Origin: an uncultured virus (IMG/VR IMGVR_UViG_3300034407_002805)
Lineage: Duplodnaviria > Heunggongvirae > Uroviricota > Caudoviricetes
Length of the DNA: 64,000 nt
Virus record (IMG/VR): IMGVR_UViG_3300034407_002805
Strand: one strand, 5' to 3'
Positions within the stretch are counted from its first letter, which is position 1. Each line of letters begins with the position of its first letter. Below the pieces are notes generated by a model that was not told the origin of the DNA, made no database searches, and saw nothing but the letters and a program-made list of their open reading frames with translations. Shown here one piece after another: positions 1-9,055 of this stretch. The position numbers and the translations under genes were made by a program.

Positions 1-2
1 TC

Positions 3-101
3 GTTGTTAAAACGTTTCCAAGCGAACCAAAAACAGTTAGTTTTATTATGAACGATCCCGATTTTGTCGGTGATGTGTTAGATGTATTAGGAGCTATATA
101 A
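3..101 (+). CDS. 3' end of a hypothetical protein (truncated by window edge)
   Basis: Open frame VVKTFPSEP...LGAI ending at TAA 99-101, overlapping the next ATG (TAATG). Confidence 0.55.
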   Translation, partial: VVKTFPSEPKTVSFIMNDPDFVGDVLDVLGAI

Positions 102-277
102 TGCAAAAGTTTGAATACAGAAACATTCCACTTCCAATCTGGAAAGAAATCGTGAACTTTGTCCAAGAACTTCGTTATGACATTCATACACCTAAAACAG
201 TTCAGTATGTCGTAGCTAAAGAACTTGGTTATGAAATTGATACTAAAGACGCAGCATTAGCCGCAGTGAGGTTTTAA
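101..277 (+). CDS. small hypothetical protein (58 aa, not in ORF track)
   Basis: ATG 101 after AGGAG; MQKFEYRNIPLP...AAVRF*; tightly packed with neighbours. Confidence 0.7.
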   Translation: MQKFEYRNIPLPIWKEIVNFVQELRYDIHTPKTVQYVVAKELGYEIDTKDAALAAVRF

Positions 278-278
278 T

Positions 279-488
279 ATGGGAATGTCAAGTTTTGTTA
301 TGGATTGCGAAGAGCAGTTTATTAATTCAGTTAATCTTAGAATTGGTGGATGTGAGAGCGTACAAGAACTTGTAAACTCACTTACCAGAGACAAGTGTTG
401 GAGCGACATCCAACACTTGTCCGCTAACGAACAATTAGAATTTGTTGATGAACTTTGGAATGAATTTTGGAGCGAATATAATGTCTGA
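279..488 (+). CDS. hypothetical protein
   Basis: 69-aa ORF after GAGG, packed in operon. Confidence 0.7.
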   Translation: MGMSSFVMDCEEQFINSVNLRIGGCESVQELVNSLTRDKCWSDIQHLSANEQLEFVDELWNEFWSEYNV

Positions 489-777
489 TATTGTAATTAA
501 AAAAGACTCTACCTATGAAGAACGTATGGCTGCCATTCGTGCAGCTTCTGAAAGATTCAATAAACGTAAAGCGATTCGTGCAAAGCTAGCTGCTGGTGCA
601 CTACGTGTACGTAGGTATGTTGATGAGGAAGAAAAGCCTCGTCGTAAAAAGTTCGATGCGATGATTGATAAGATGGATGAGAACTACAACCACTATCAAG
701 ATGCACCACAATATGCGGAGAAGTACTATGGCGAAAAGATGCGCGATACTATTGCTATGGATAACGACTGGAATTAG
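481..777 (+). CDS. hypothetical protein
   Basis: Likely start ATG 481 (MSDIVIKK) after GGAG; track ORF 442..777. Confidence 0.7.
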   Translation: MSDIVIKKDSTYEERMAAIRAASERFNKRKAIRAKLAAGALRVRRYVDEEEKPRRKKFDAMIDKMDENYNHYQDAPQYAEKYYGEKMRDTIAMDNDWN

Positions 778-1024
778 TTCCTGTCACCCTGCAGTTGCAC
801 AAGAATGTTTCTATCGTAAACACATACTTTATAGTGATGGTACGCATATAGAAGCGATTGAAACATATGATTGCAATAATTCTGCGCCACCGCAGGTTAT
901 CATTGTGGAAAAAGAAGTACCTGCTAAAAACAGGACGTTTGGTGACTTTCTCTTTGGAGTTGAAGAAAACGATCAAGGTGTAAGTCATTTATTGAGTACA
1001 TTAGTAAGTGTAGGAGTGTTCTAA
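728..1024 (+). CDS. secreted or lipoprotein-like hypothetical protein
   Basis: MAKRCAILLLWITTGISSC signal-like N-terminus; overlaps the previous gene by about 50 nt; start uncertain. Confidence 0.55.
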   Translation: MAKRCAILLLWITTGISSCHPAVAQECFYRKHILYSDGTHIEAIETYDCNNSAPPQVIIVEKEVPAKNRTFGDFLFGVEENDQGVSHLLSTLVSVGVF

Positions 1025-1149
1025 TGTTAAAATATATAATGGGTGTCATTAGTGGCGTTGCACTAGTGATTTGGCAACCAGAAGTATTAAATTGGTTTGT
1101 ATCTTCTGGTTTACGCGACAATATCGTCGCAGTTCTAAATGGAGTATAG
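1024..1149 (+). CDS. small membrane protein (41 aa, not in ORF track)
   Basis: TAATG coupling, AGGAG upstream; MLKYIMGVISGVALVIWQPE... is hydrophobic. Confidence 0.65.
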   Translation: MLKYIMGVISGVALVIWQPEVLNWFVSSGLRDNIVAVLNGV

Positions 1150-1150
1150 A

Positions 1151-1804
1151 ATGAAAAGACTAGCCTTAATTCCACTCGCTGTTCTTGTGTCAGCTTGTGA
1201 TAAAACACCACCTGAAGTGGTAATGCAAAAAGAAATGTTTGAGTATAAGAAAGCTCAAGTTGAAACTCAGATCGACGATATGCCAAGTTGGTATACTAAC
1301 ATCCCAAAAGAAGATGACGCTGTGTACGCCGTAGGTACTGCAGTTACGCCAGATCTTCAGTTAGCAGTTGATATTGCAGTGCTTTCTGCCAAGACAACTC
1401 TTGCTGATCGTGTTGATAGCCGTATCAGGTCTCAACTCAAAACGTTTAAAACTAAATTAGGTACTAGCGATTTTGATGCACAAGTACAAAATAACTTTGA
1501 GCAAGTAACTCGTAATCTGATTGCTGATGCAGATGTTGCAGGTTATTCAGTCAAAGAACAAAAGATTGTACAGAATGGTACGCAGTATCGTGCATATGTT
1601 TTGCTTGAGTATAAGAATGCTACAGCCAACGCAGTGATCAAAACTCGTATCAGTCAGAATCAATACTTACTTGATAAGCTTCGTGAAACACGTGCATTTA
1701 AAGAACTTGACGATAATGTAGCAGCTCAAAAAGCTGATGAGCTTGCTGAAGCACAAGTACTAGTTGATGCAATCAACAACGTTCCTGATCCTGAGTATCA
1801 GTAA
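1151..1804 (+). CDS. lipoprotein, LPP20-like
   Basis: MKRLALIPLAVLVSAC lipobox; PSWY...YAVGTA..DLQLA LPP20-like pattern. Confidence 0.7.
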   Translation: MKRLALIPLAVLVSACDKTPPEVVMQKEMFEYKKAQVETQIDDMPSWYTNIPKEDDAVYAVGTAVTPDLQLAVDIAVLSAKTTLADRVDSRIRSQLKTFKTKLGTSDFDAQVQNNFEQVTRNLIADADVAGYSVKEQKIVQNGTQYRAYVLLEYKNATANAVIKTRISQNQYLLDKLRETRAFKELDDNVAAQKADELAEAQVLVDAINNVPDPEYQ

Positions 1805-2016
1805 TGCCTAGGTTTACCAACCTATCATCCGACCGTATGATGGCTTGTCGCGTATTCGATGGTGAGATACGAAAGATCAAAGCATTATACGGTCCGGAGC
1901 ATGCTGAATGGGATAAGCTTCAAATCGTAATAAATTATTTAGAAGAACGTATTGAATCGATGGAAGATAAAGGACACTATGCGGAATCTAATCATACAGT
2001 ATTACATAAGGGGTGA
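1804..2016 (+). CDS. hypothetical protein
   Basis: 70-aa ORF, TAATG coupled. Confidence 0.6.
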   Translation: MPRFTNLSSDRMMACRVFDGEIRKIKALYGPEHAEWDKLQIVINYLEERIESMEDKGHYAESNHTVLHKG

Positions 2017-2776
2017 CGGTAAAAAATACAAGTATACCAAAGTGCCTGAATGGGCTTTAGTATCAAGACGTAGCTTCGAAGAATATTCCTCTAAGTACAA
2101 CGTTGAATACATGTGGTATGAAGAGCAAACTATCGATTCACCTAGTCCTTTTTTTGAATCACTGCGACCTGTTTATGATAGCACACTCGATGTTTATGAT
2201 TACATACTATATGTAGACTGCGACGTGTATGCTGCAGATGATACTGATAATATATTTGATTATGCAAAGGATATAGGTGATGTAGGTGGTGTGATGGATC
2301 GTCATATCACAGAACTTGATGAAGAGCTCGTAAAGTACATAGCACAAAAAAATCAAACGTTTTCAGACGGTTGGTTTAACTACGAGGTAGAAGCACACGA
2401 TGCAATACGTCAGCACTATCAGAATTGGTTCAAATGGAAGAAGTCTACTACACACCCAGCCTTAGATCAGTTTATAAACAGCGGGGTTGTTATGTGGTCT
2501 AAGCAAGGTAGATTAAAAGCAAGAGAGCAATTTAAGTCTACGCGAGATTACTATACGAACATAGAGTTTGGTCCAACAAACGGACATAGATTCCAGATGT
2601 ATGATCAAGGTTATCTTAACACTATGCTGGCTATGTTAGATTTTGATGTAACAGAGTTGCCAGTTAGATTCAATGATCAAGAGTGGGAGAGGTATCGAGC
2701 TCCGCTCAACGCTTCTAATACATTTATACACTACACAGGGGACAAGGGGAAAGATTGTTTAGTGCATATTCGTTAA
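1979..2776 (+). CDS. GT-A fold glycosyltransferase-like protein (GT8/GT34-like)
   Basis: YDYILYVDCDV (DxD), INSGVV, DQGYLN and FIHYTG motifs. Confidence 0.75.
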   Translation: MRNLIIQYYIRGDGKKYKYTKVPEWALVSRRSFEEYSSKYNVEYMWYEEQTIDSPSPFFESLRPVYDSTLDVYDYILYVDCDVYAADDTDNIFDYAKDIGDVGGVMDRHITELDEELVKYIAQKNQTFSDGWFNYEVEAHDAIRQHYQNWFKWKKSTTHPALDQFINSGVVMWSKQGRLKAREQFKSTRDYYTNIEFGPTNGHRFQMYDQGYLNTMLAMLDFDVTELPVRFNDQEWERYRAPLNASNTFIHYTGDKGKDCLVHIR

Positions 2777-2782
2777 TTAATG

Positions 2783-2812
2783 GTGTACTTTTCTATAAAA
2801 CTGTGGTAGAAT
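2783..2812 (+). promoter_or_regulatory. early-type sigma70 promoter
   Basis: GTGTAC-N18-TAGAAT with CTGTGG extended -10; near-identical copy at 3270. Confidence 0.7.
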
Positions 2813-2840
2813 AGATCTACACAATTGAGGAGGATACCAA

Positions 2841-3191
2841 ATGACTATGCATCTCGTTCGTGGTATGACCACTATTAATACTCGTAAGCGTAAAGCTCGT
2901 AAAAAGACTGCCGCTGTTCGCCAAGCCGAACAGGAAACGGCTAAGCTCCTCAAGTCTTTAGGGTATACTAAGGGTGGTCCGAAGTGGAAAGCTAGTCTCC
3001 CATCATATACCACAGCTGAAGATGTATTGCCAACCAGCGATCGCATCATGGGTGTTGCAGGTAAGCGTAAAGCTAATCAGTACACTGGTGATGAGATCGC
3101 TGGTATTGGTACTCTACATAAATCTAACATGGTGCCTATCCGCAAAGATAGTAATGATGCATATGAAATCGCCAGGATGAGGAGAGGGTAG
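2841..3191 (+). CDS. basic hypothetical protein
   Basis: GAGGAGG RBS; 116 aa; GIGTLHKSNMVPI motif recalled from marine T4-like phages. Confidence 0.75.
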   Translation: MTMHLVRGMTTINTRKRKARKKTAAVRQAEQETAKLLKSLGYTKGGPKWKASLPSYTTAEDVLPTSDRIMGVAGKRKANQYTGDEIAGIGTLHKSNMVPIRKDSNDAYEIARMRRG

Positions 3192-3269
3192 AACCATACA
3201 TCAACTATTGACGAATGCACACAGCAGTGTATACTACTTTAAAAAAAATGCAATTAAGTGCATTTTATG

Positions 3270-3299
3270 GTGTACTTTTGCTGAGAACTGTGGTAGAAT
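3270..3299 (+). promoter_or_regulatory. early-type sigma70 promoter
   Basis: GTGTAC-N18-TAGAAT with CTGTGG. Confidence 0.7.
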
Positions 3300-3329
3300 A
3301 GATATAGAATAAAAAATGAGGAGCTAAAA

Positions 3330-3509
3330 ATGTCAATAGAAAATACACATGCATATAAGTATGGTGAGCTTACAGTAGCTGCAGCGTCCTTGGCCAGGAC
3401 AATCAAAGAAGATTGGGGGTCAAAGGATTTGCAAAAAGCATTTATACTTAACCAGGCTGACAGAGTACTCGAACTTTTAGAAGCTCAACGTAATAGAGGT
3501 AACGAATAA
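3330..3509 (+). CDS. small hypothetical protein (59 aa, not in ORF track)
   Basis: GAGGAG RBS; MSIENTHAYKYGEL...RGNE*; TAATG coupled to next gene. Confidence 0.7.
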   Translation: MSIENTHAYKYGELTVAAASLARTIKEDWGSKDLQKAFILNQADRVLELLEAQRNRGNE

Positions 3510-4627
3510 TGGCTGTACGTAAACGCAAAGTTAAAGCAAGAGCACGCACTGGTCTTACTGCTGCACCAATTGACAAAGGTTTTGACGCTGTAAAGTATTA
3601 CTTTCATATTGACGTAGAACGTAAAGATCTCGTCAGTACGTTTAAAACTTATATCAAGGCGAATGTTGATTACAAAAATCAAAAGTTTGCATTAGCAAAT
3701 CCTGATTACAAGTTCTATATGTTTACACACTATTGTGCTACTGCTTTTTGGATTAGCACCGGACTTAAGCTAGACGAAAAATCTAGTAAGTATGCTGAAG
3801 GTCTATACAAATATGTCATGGATCTTGTTGAGTCAGGTAAAACAATTTACTTTGAAAAGCAAGCAAAAGCAAAAGACTCGGCTAACATTGTTACACTGTC
3901 TCCTCAGCAAAGACTGCAAAAGAAGATTAGTAATACTATCATGCAGGACCTGCTGTCCCTAGAAGATGCGTGGATGGACGGCGATAAAGCTGAGTTGGAT
4001 ATATACCAAGAGTTTAAAAGACACGGTCTATCTGGCAGTGCAGTAAAGCCAGTTAGAGAAGTAATTGAGGGCTGGTTGCTTGATTATGAAGATGCATACC
4101 ACAAACGCTGCAATGACGCAGTGGAGGGATATGCCCATTTGAAAAGACCAGAACTTAATCGGAGGATCAAAGCATGTCAGTCTATGCTGAATGATTGCGA
4201 TCGTATCCGTTCCGCAGCAAAAGCAACTCGTGCAACGCGAGTCAAACAACCAAAGTCTGCGGATAAACAAGTAGCTCGAGTTCAGTATAAGAAAGAAGAT
4301 ACTGAATATAAGCTAGTGTCGATACCGCCGATCAAAGTGGTCGGTGGTACTCGACTATTCACCTTTAACACAAAGACTCGTGTAATAAGTGAATATATAA
4401 CTCAAGACACTAAGGGTTTCGAGATCTCAGGAACATCAATCAAGAATTTTGACAAGGTTAACAGCAGGTGTCGCAACCTACGAAAACCTGGCGAGTTCTT
4501 TCCAGAGATATTCGATCGAAGTCCAAAACAAATCGATAAAGCATGGAACGACCTTAAGACTAAAGAAAGAGTACCTAACGGTCGAATCAATAGCGATACA
4601 ATATTACTAAGGGTTATGGATAGATGA
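3509..4627 (+). CDS. conserved hypothetical protein upstream of g33
   Basis: 372-aa ORF; C-terminal NGRINSDTILLRV; position before g33. Confidence 0.8.
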   Translation: MAVRKRKVKARARTGLTAAPIDKGFDAVKYYFHIDVERKDLVSTFKTYIKANVDYKNQKFALANPDYKFYMFTHYCATAFWISTGLKLDEKSSKYAEGLYKYVMDLVESGKTIYFEKQAKAKDSANIVTLSPQQRLQKKISNTIMQDLLSLEDAWMDGDKAELDIYQEFKRHGLSGSAVKPVREVIEGWLLDYEDAYHKRCNDAVEGYAHLKRPELNRRIKACQSMLNDCDRIRSAAKATRATRVKQPKSADKQVARVQYKKEDTEYKLVSIPPIKVVGGTRLFTFNTKTRVISEYITQDTKGFEISGTSIKNFDKVNSRCRNLRKPGEFFPEIFDRSPKQIDKAWNDLKTKERVPNGRINSDTILLRVMDR

Positions 4628-4866
4628 CAATAGAACTTCAGTTCTTAAATAAAAACAGATTCACAAAGCTCGTAGAAAACACAGTGTATGACTTGAAGAT
4701 AAGTTATATGGATGCTATTATACATCTTTGTGATAAGAATGATATTGAACTGGAAGACATCAATAAGTTCATATCTCCTATTATCAAAGGTAAGATTGAG
4801 GCCGAAGCTATGGGCCTTAACTTCTTACCAAAAACTAATTCATTGGATTCAGCATTTTTCGAATAA
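4624..4866 (+). CDS. g33: late-transcription coactivator gp33
   Basis: SYMDAIIHLC..NDIELE....ISPIIKGKIEAEA..LNFLPK pattern. Confidence 0.85.
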   Translation: MTIELQFLNKNRFTKLVENTVYDLKISYMDAIIHLCDKNDIELEDINKFISPIIKGKIEAEAMGLNFLPKTNSLDSAFFE

Positions 4867-4872
4867 GATGAA

Positions 4873-4911
4873 TATAAATAGTTGTACATTACAGTCATAC
4901 TGTGTTATAAT
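4873..4911 (+). promoter_or_regulatory. tandem late (TATAAATA) and early-type promoters for g32
   Basis: TATAAATA 4873-4880; TTGTAC-N18-TATAAT 4882-4911. Confidence 0.65.
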
Positions 4912-4946
4912 AAAAAACATATTTCAGCAATACAAGGAACATACAA

Positions 4947-5858
4947 ATGTCATTTGAAGCACTTAAACGCAATCGCGGTACAGATATTTCCCAACTCGTC
5001 AAAGCAGCAGAAGCAGCCGGAGCCGGCGGCGGAGAAAAGAAAAACTATGACGATGAACGTATTTGGAAACCTACAGTTGACAAAGCGGGGAACGGATATG
5101 CAGTACTACGGTTCTTACCAGCAGCTGAAGGTTCAGAACTACCGTGGGTCAGATATTGGGACCACGGATTTAAAGGACCAACCGGTTTATGGTATATCGA
5201 AAACAGCCTTACATCTATTGGTCAACCTGATCCTGTTGGCGAACTCAACTCACGGCTCTGGAATTCCGGCCATGAAGAAGATAAAGAAACAGCACGCAAA
5301 CAAAAGCGTAGACTGCACTACGTAGTTAACGCCTTGGTTGTAGAAGATCCCTCTGCACCAGATAACGTAGGTCGTGTTGTACTTTATAAGTTCGGTAAGA
5401 AGATCTTTGACAAGATTATGGATGTTATGCAACCAACCTTTGCAGACGAAAAGCCTGTCAACCCGTTTGACTTCTGGGAAGGTGCGGACTTTAAACTAAA
5501 GATTCGCCAGGTTGAAGGTTATCGTAACTACGATAAATCAGAGTTTGCTTCTCAATCACCTTTACATGGTGGCGATGAAGCTAAGTTAGAATCAGTATAT
5601 AATCAAATGCACTCACTTACAGAGTTTACTGATCCTAAGAATTACAAGACTTACGATGAACTAAAGACTAAGTTGGCTCGAGTTCTAGGTGAGGAAATGT
5701 CTATGGGTGCACCAACTATGGCACAGGAATCTCAAATGAATATTCCTGAACCAGCACCCGAGTATCGAGTAGCTGAACCGGTAACTGCCGAGGAAGTTAA
5801 GTTAGATGATACCGATGACACAATGTCTTACTTTGCTAAGTTAGCAAACGACGATTAA
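4947..5858 (+). CDS. g32: single-stranded DNA-binding protein gp32
   Basis: DKAGNGYAVLRFLPA, HGFKGPTG.WYIENSL, YRNYDKSEF and acidic YFAKLA tail. Confidence 0.95.
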   Translation: MSFEALKRNRGTDISQLVKAAEAAGAGGGEKKNYDDERIWKPTVDKAGNGYAVLRFLPAAEGSELPWVRYWDHGFKGPTGLWYIENSLTSIGQPDPVGELNSRLWNSGHEEDKETARKQKRRLHYVVNALVVEDPSAPDNVGRVVLYKFGKKIFDKIMDVMQPTFADEKPVNPFDFWEGADFKLKIRQVEGYRNYDKSEFASQSPLHGGDEAKLESVYNQMHSLTEFTDPKNYKTYDELKTKLARVLGEEMSMGAPTMAQESQMNIPEPAPEYRVAEPVTAEEVKLDDTDDTMSYFAKLANDD

Positions 5859-7474
5859 TAAGAAGTACCAACTGAAAGGTTAGGACGGCGTGGGTCAGTA
5901 GCACTCACGCCTCCACCTGCAAACGTAGTCTGTGATGAACCTATAGACATTGTTGTAGGTGCACTTACAATGGGTGGTAAGTTAGCACCCATTGCATTAT
6001 TATTTACGGCAGCAGTACTTTGCGCAACTGATGCACCTGTATTACGAGGTGGTGCGGTTGCAAACTCTCCACCACCAACATTTCCGCCAGCATATGTGTT
6101 AGCAGCAGTCAGTGCATCCGGTGAGCTCACACCCGGTTCATTGCTATTACTACTATTTAAGGCTTGATTTATTCCTAAGAAATCGGGAAAAGCGTCAACT
6201 TTTTTACCTAATAAGTATTGCGCAAGTCCTTTTGCTAGTGTATCTCCTGCTAGGAAACCACCCGCGGCACCTATAGCACTAGTAACAAATGCTAATGGAC
6301 CACCTGCTGCACCTATCAATCCACCTGCTAATCCGCCAAGTGATGCTCCACCGATACCACCTAATATTCCAGCAACTCCGTCCACTGTAATTGGATCCAT
6401 AGTTAGCAGCTCGTATATTCCCATAGCTGATGCTAATCCAGGAAAGCTTCTTATGAAAGAGAATGCTTTACCAAGTCTTGGGTATTTACTAACTTTATCC
6501 ATTTGCGCTTGTATTTGTTTTTGCGCAGCGTCAAAACCTTTATCACCTTTTTTAAGAACAGTGTCTTTACCGTCAACACCGATTAGTCTTCCCGTTTGTT
6601 TATTAATCGTACCTGCTTGTGGAGTTGCTGCTGCACGAGCCTGAGCACCCTTTGCTGTTTTTATACCTGCAGCTGCGGCCGCAGCTCCTCCGGCAACAGT
6701 AGCAGTTTTTATTCCTACTCTTAGTAAGCTTTTTGGACTTAATATTGCCATTATACCAGCTGCGGTTAATGCTAAATCACCTAAGTTTTCACTGAACCCT
6801 TTAAAGTCACCTCTTGCCAATGCCGTTAAAGAATCTAGTGCACCACCCGCAGCGTTTGTTGCTCCCTGTAACATTTCATTTACAGTTGGTATTTTAAAAC
6901 CTAGATTTCCAATAGCTTTTTTAAACTCTTCAAGTTTTGGCTTTAAATCTTTTTCGAATAAACTTTTAGCTTTTTCTTGATTATCCTTATTCATAGTTGC
7001 AGCTACAAGTCCACCTACAATACCTAGTCTCTTACTAAAGATAGAAAGTATACCACCAGCAACTAACCCTCTTTCAACAGCTTTACCTAATTCTTGGTTT
7101 CCTGTTTGACTAGTAATGAGCTCACCAATTTCATCTGCAAATACTGTCACTATTGCAGGACCTAAACCTTTTTTTAATAGTGAGCCTGAAGCGGCCGCAA
7201 TTAATCCAGGTAAAGTAGCTGCTGCACCTAGGATACCTAGTTGAGCTCTTGCGAATGGGAATCCTCCTCCACCACCACCGCTACCTGCGCCGCGGCCTTG
7301 AGTAGGTGCAGCATCCTCAACTTTATCTTCTAAATCGTCGAGAGACTGTCGCTGTAGATTTACTAAATCTTCAACTGCATCAATCAATCTACCTTGGCCT
7401 ACTGTTTGTTCGTCCAAAGTTTTATTGACAGCTTCTAGTTCTATGTTTAGATCTGATAAAGTACGTTCAGCCAT
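5855..7474 (-). CDS. tape-measure / baseplate hub gp29-like protein
   Basis: Gly/Ala-rich helical 539 aa with hydrophobic segments; downstream of g26/g51. Confidence 0.6.
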   Translation of the reverse strand: MAERTLSDLNIELEAVNKTLDEQTVGQGRLIDAVEDLVNLQRQSLDDLEDKVEDAAPTQGRGAGSGGGGGGFPFARAQLGILGAAATLPGLIAAASGSLLKKGLGPAIVTVFADEIGELITSQTGNQELGKAVERGLVAGGILSIFSKRLGIVGGLVAATMNKDNQEKAKSLFEKDLKPKLEEFKKAIGNLGFKIPTVNEMLQGATNAAGGALDSLTALARGDFKGFSENLGDLALTAAGIMAILSPKSLLRVGIKTATVAGGAAAAAAGIKTAKGAQARAAATPQAGTINKQTGRLIGVDGKDTVLKKGDKGFDAAQKQIQAQMDKVSKYPRLGKAFSFIRSFPGLASAMGIYELLTMDPITVDGVAGILGGIGGASLGGLAGGLIGAAGGPLAFVTSAIGAAGGFLAGDTLAKGLAQYLLGKKVDAFPDFLGINQALNSSNSNEPGVSSPDALTAANTYAGGNVGGGEFATAPPRNTGASVAQSTAAVNNNAMGANLPPIVSAPTTMSIGSSQTTFAGGGVSATDPRRPNLSVGTSY

Positions 7475-7475
7475 A

Positions 7476-7661
7476 TCATCCTCGAGCTTGTGCTTCTTCT
7501 TTTTCTCTTAATTCGTTAATTAGCATACTTAAATATATTTCCCTCTCCCAAGGTATCATATAATCTAGATCGCTAAGTGAATAATGAAAGTTTTGAAGCA
7601 ACTGATAATTAGTCATATAAAAGTTTTCTAGATTATCATGGGAGAGGTTAATTAAAAAAAA
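7476..7661 (-). CDS. g51: baseplate hub assembly protein gp51 (probably reached by -1 frameshift from g26; first ATG at 7616)
   Basis: Not in ORF track; LSHDNLENFYMTNYQLLQNFHYSLSDLDYMIPWEREIYLSML is gp51-like. Confidence 0.8.
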   Translation of the reverse strand, partial: FFLINLSHDNLENFYMTNYQLLQNFHYSLSDLDYMIPWEREIYLSMLINELREKEEAQARG

Positions 7662-8365
7662 TCGTTTAACCCTCTCAACATTCTTTCATTCTTAGTGCCA
7701 CAGTTCTTGCAAGTGAAATGCACTTGTTTTTCCATACTTGGCATATTCAATGCAAACTTACTAATTTTATCAAACTGTGCACTAGTTAATGATTCTAAAA
7801 ATGAGTTTATTTCTTCTTCACTTTCATCTGCTAAATCAATTCTTTCTTCTTCTGTTTCAATTGCTTCTAAACAACCTATAATAGAAGCGAGTAACATTTC
7901 AGATTGCGATTTATCTTCATCCATCATGACACTGTTATTTAAAAAGAAATCATAGTTTGGATAACGCATTTTAACTGTTATCTTGTCAGTAAGTTCTATA
8001 CGCATATCTTGTTCTTCAACTTCAACTCGTATCTCATCAAGTTTTATTACCGCTTCATTCTCAGTTTCACATTCTGTGCACTTAAATATTAAAGTTGTAG
8101 TTTCACCTGCTGATTTTGACCTAATCATTGTAAACATATAATCAACATCAAATGTGGATAGTTTCTTTACATCGATATTTTCATGTATACAGCTTTCTAG
8201 TGTATTCAACATAGCTGATAAGATCTGTTTGCGATCTTGTGATTCATATGCAATCAGTAATACTTTTTGTTCTTTGACTAAGAAAGGTCTAAAATTTACT
8301 TTTTCTTTTGTCGAAGGTATAACTAATTCATACTGTGGATTCTCATTCAATCTAGGCAGTGCCAT
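7652..8365 (-). CDS. g26: baseplate hub subunit gp26
   Basis: MALPRL..P.YEL.IPST....FRPFLVKEQKVLLIA; IRSKSAGE; two CxxC; ends GLNDFF. Confidence 0.9.
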   Translation of the reverse strand: MALPRLNENPQYELVIPSTKEKVNFRPFLVKEQKVLLIAYESQDRKQILSAMLNTLESCIHENIDVKKLSTFDVDYMFTMIRSKSAGETTTLIFKCTECETENEAVIKLDEIRVEVEEQDMRIELTDKITVKMRYPNYDFFLNNSVMMDEDKSQSEMLLASIIGCLEAIETEEERIDLADESEEEINSFLESLTSAQFDKISKFALNMPSMEKQVHFTCKNCGTKNERMLRGLNDFF

Positions 8366-8374
8366 AATTTCTCC

Positions 8375-9055
8375 TTATATAAACGTACCAATAGATCCAA
8401 TACCGCCTGTAGCTTGGATCCATCCCTGTCCACTTGATACTGATTCCCAGTTAGTATATGATAACTGTACAGAAACCTGCACTAACCCGTCCAGATCATT
8501 ATTTAATTCTACTGAATTGATCGTAGTAGGAAATGCATCTTTCAGCCTAACTGTATATACGCTACCTCCTCCAATACCAATGTTAACTCTTATAATTCCA
8601 GCATCCGTCCCAAGATTCAAAATAGGCTTTCTTAACTGGTGTATCTTGACGTCTTTTGCATACTGATTCTTATATCTTGCAGTTCCACCTACTTCATCTA
8701 AAGTTTGCTTACGCCACTCGTCAAAATACTTTCTTGTGCCATAATCATTTAAAGTGTAAAATGAAAGAGTTACATCATCTACTGCATAACCATACGCAGT
8801 CCTTTGTCTTTCCATACCTACTACACGATCATGTGTTAATATCTGCTTACCAGGAAGTGTTACACTAGAGCAAAGCAAATTAAGATCTCCACCACCTGAA
8901 CCAAGGCCAATACCACTTGTAAGTAACGTAGTAAGTTTACCCAAGAATCCACCAGTTGATGCAAACGTTGTTGGTAGTTCTACTAAGAACATGTTTGTAC
9001 GTGCAAATCCAAGTTTAGACGATGCGAGTGATTTAAGTTGATCTATACTACTCAT
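8375..9055 (-). CDS. g54: tail-tube initiator gp54-like (gp19 family)
   Basis: GFARTNMFLV, LCSSVTLPG, DAFPTTI and VQLSY tube-family motifs. Confidence 0.7.
   Translation of the reverse strand: MSSIDQLKSLASSKLGFARTNMFLVELPTTFASTGGFLGKLTTLLTSGIGLGSGGGDLNLLCSSVTLPGKQILTHDRVVGMERQRTAYGYAVDDVTLSFYTLNDYGTRKYFDEWRKQTLDEVGGTARYKNQYAKDVKIHQLRKPILNLGTDAGIIRVNIGIGGGSVYTVRLKDAFPTTINSVELNNDLDGLVQVSVQLSYTNWESVSSGQGWIQATGGIGSIGTFI

Noticed and set aside
4882..5325. 147-aa alternative-frame ORF overlapping g32
   Set aside because: Starts inside the promoter region, no motifs, overlaps a confident gene
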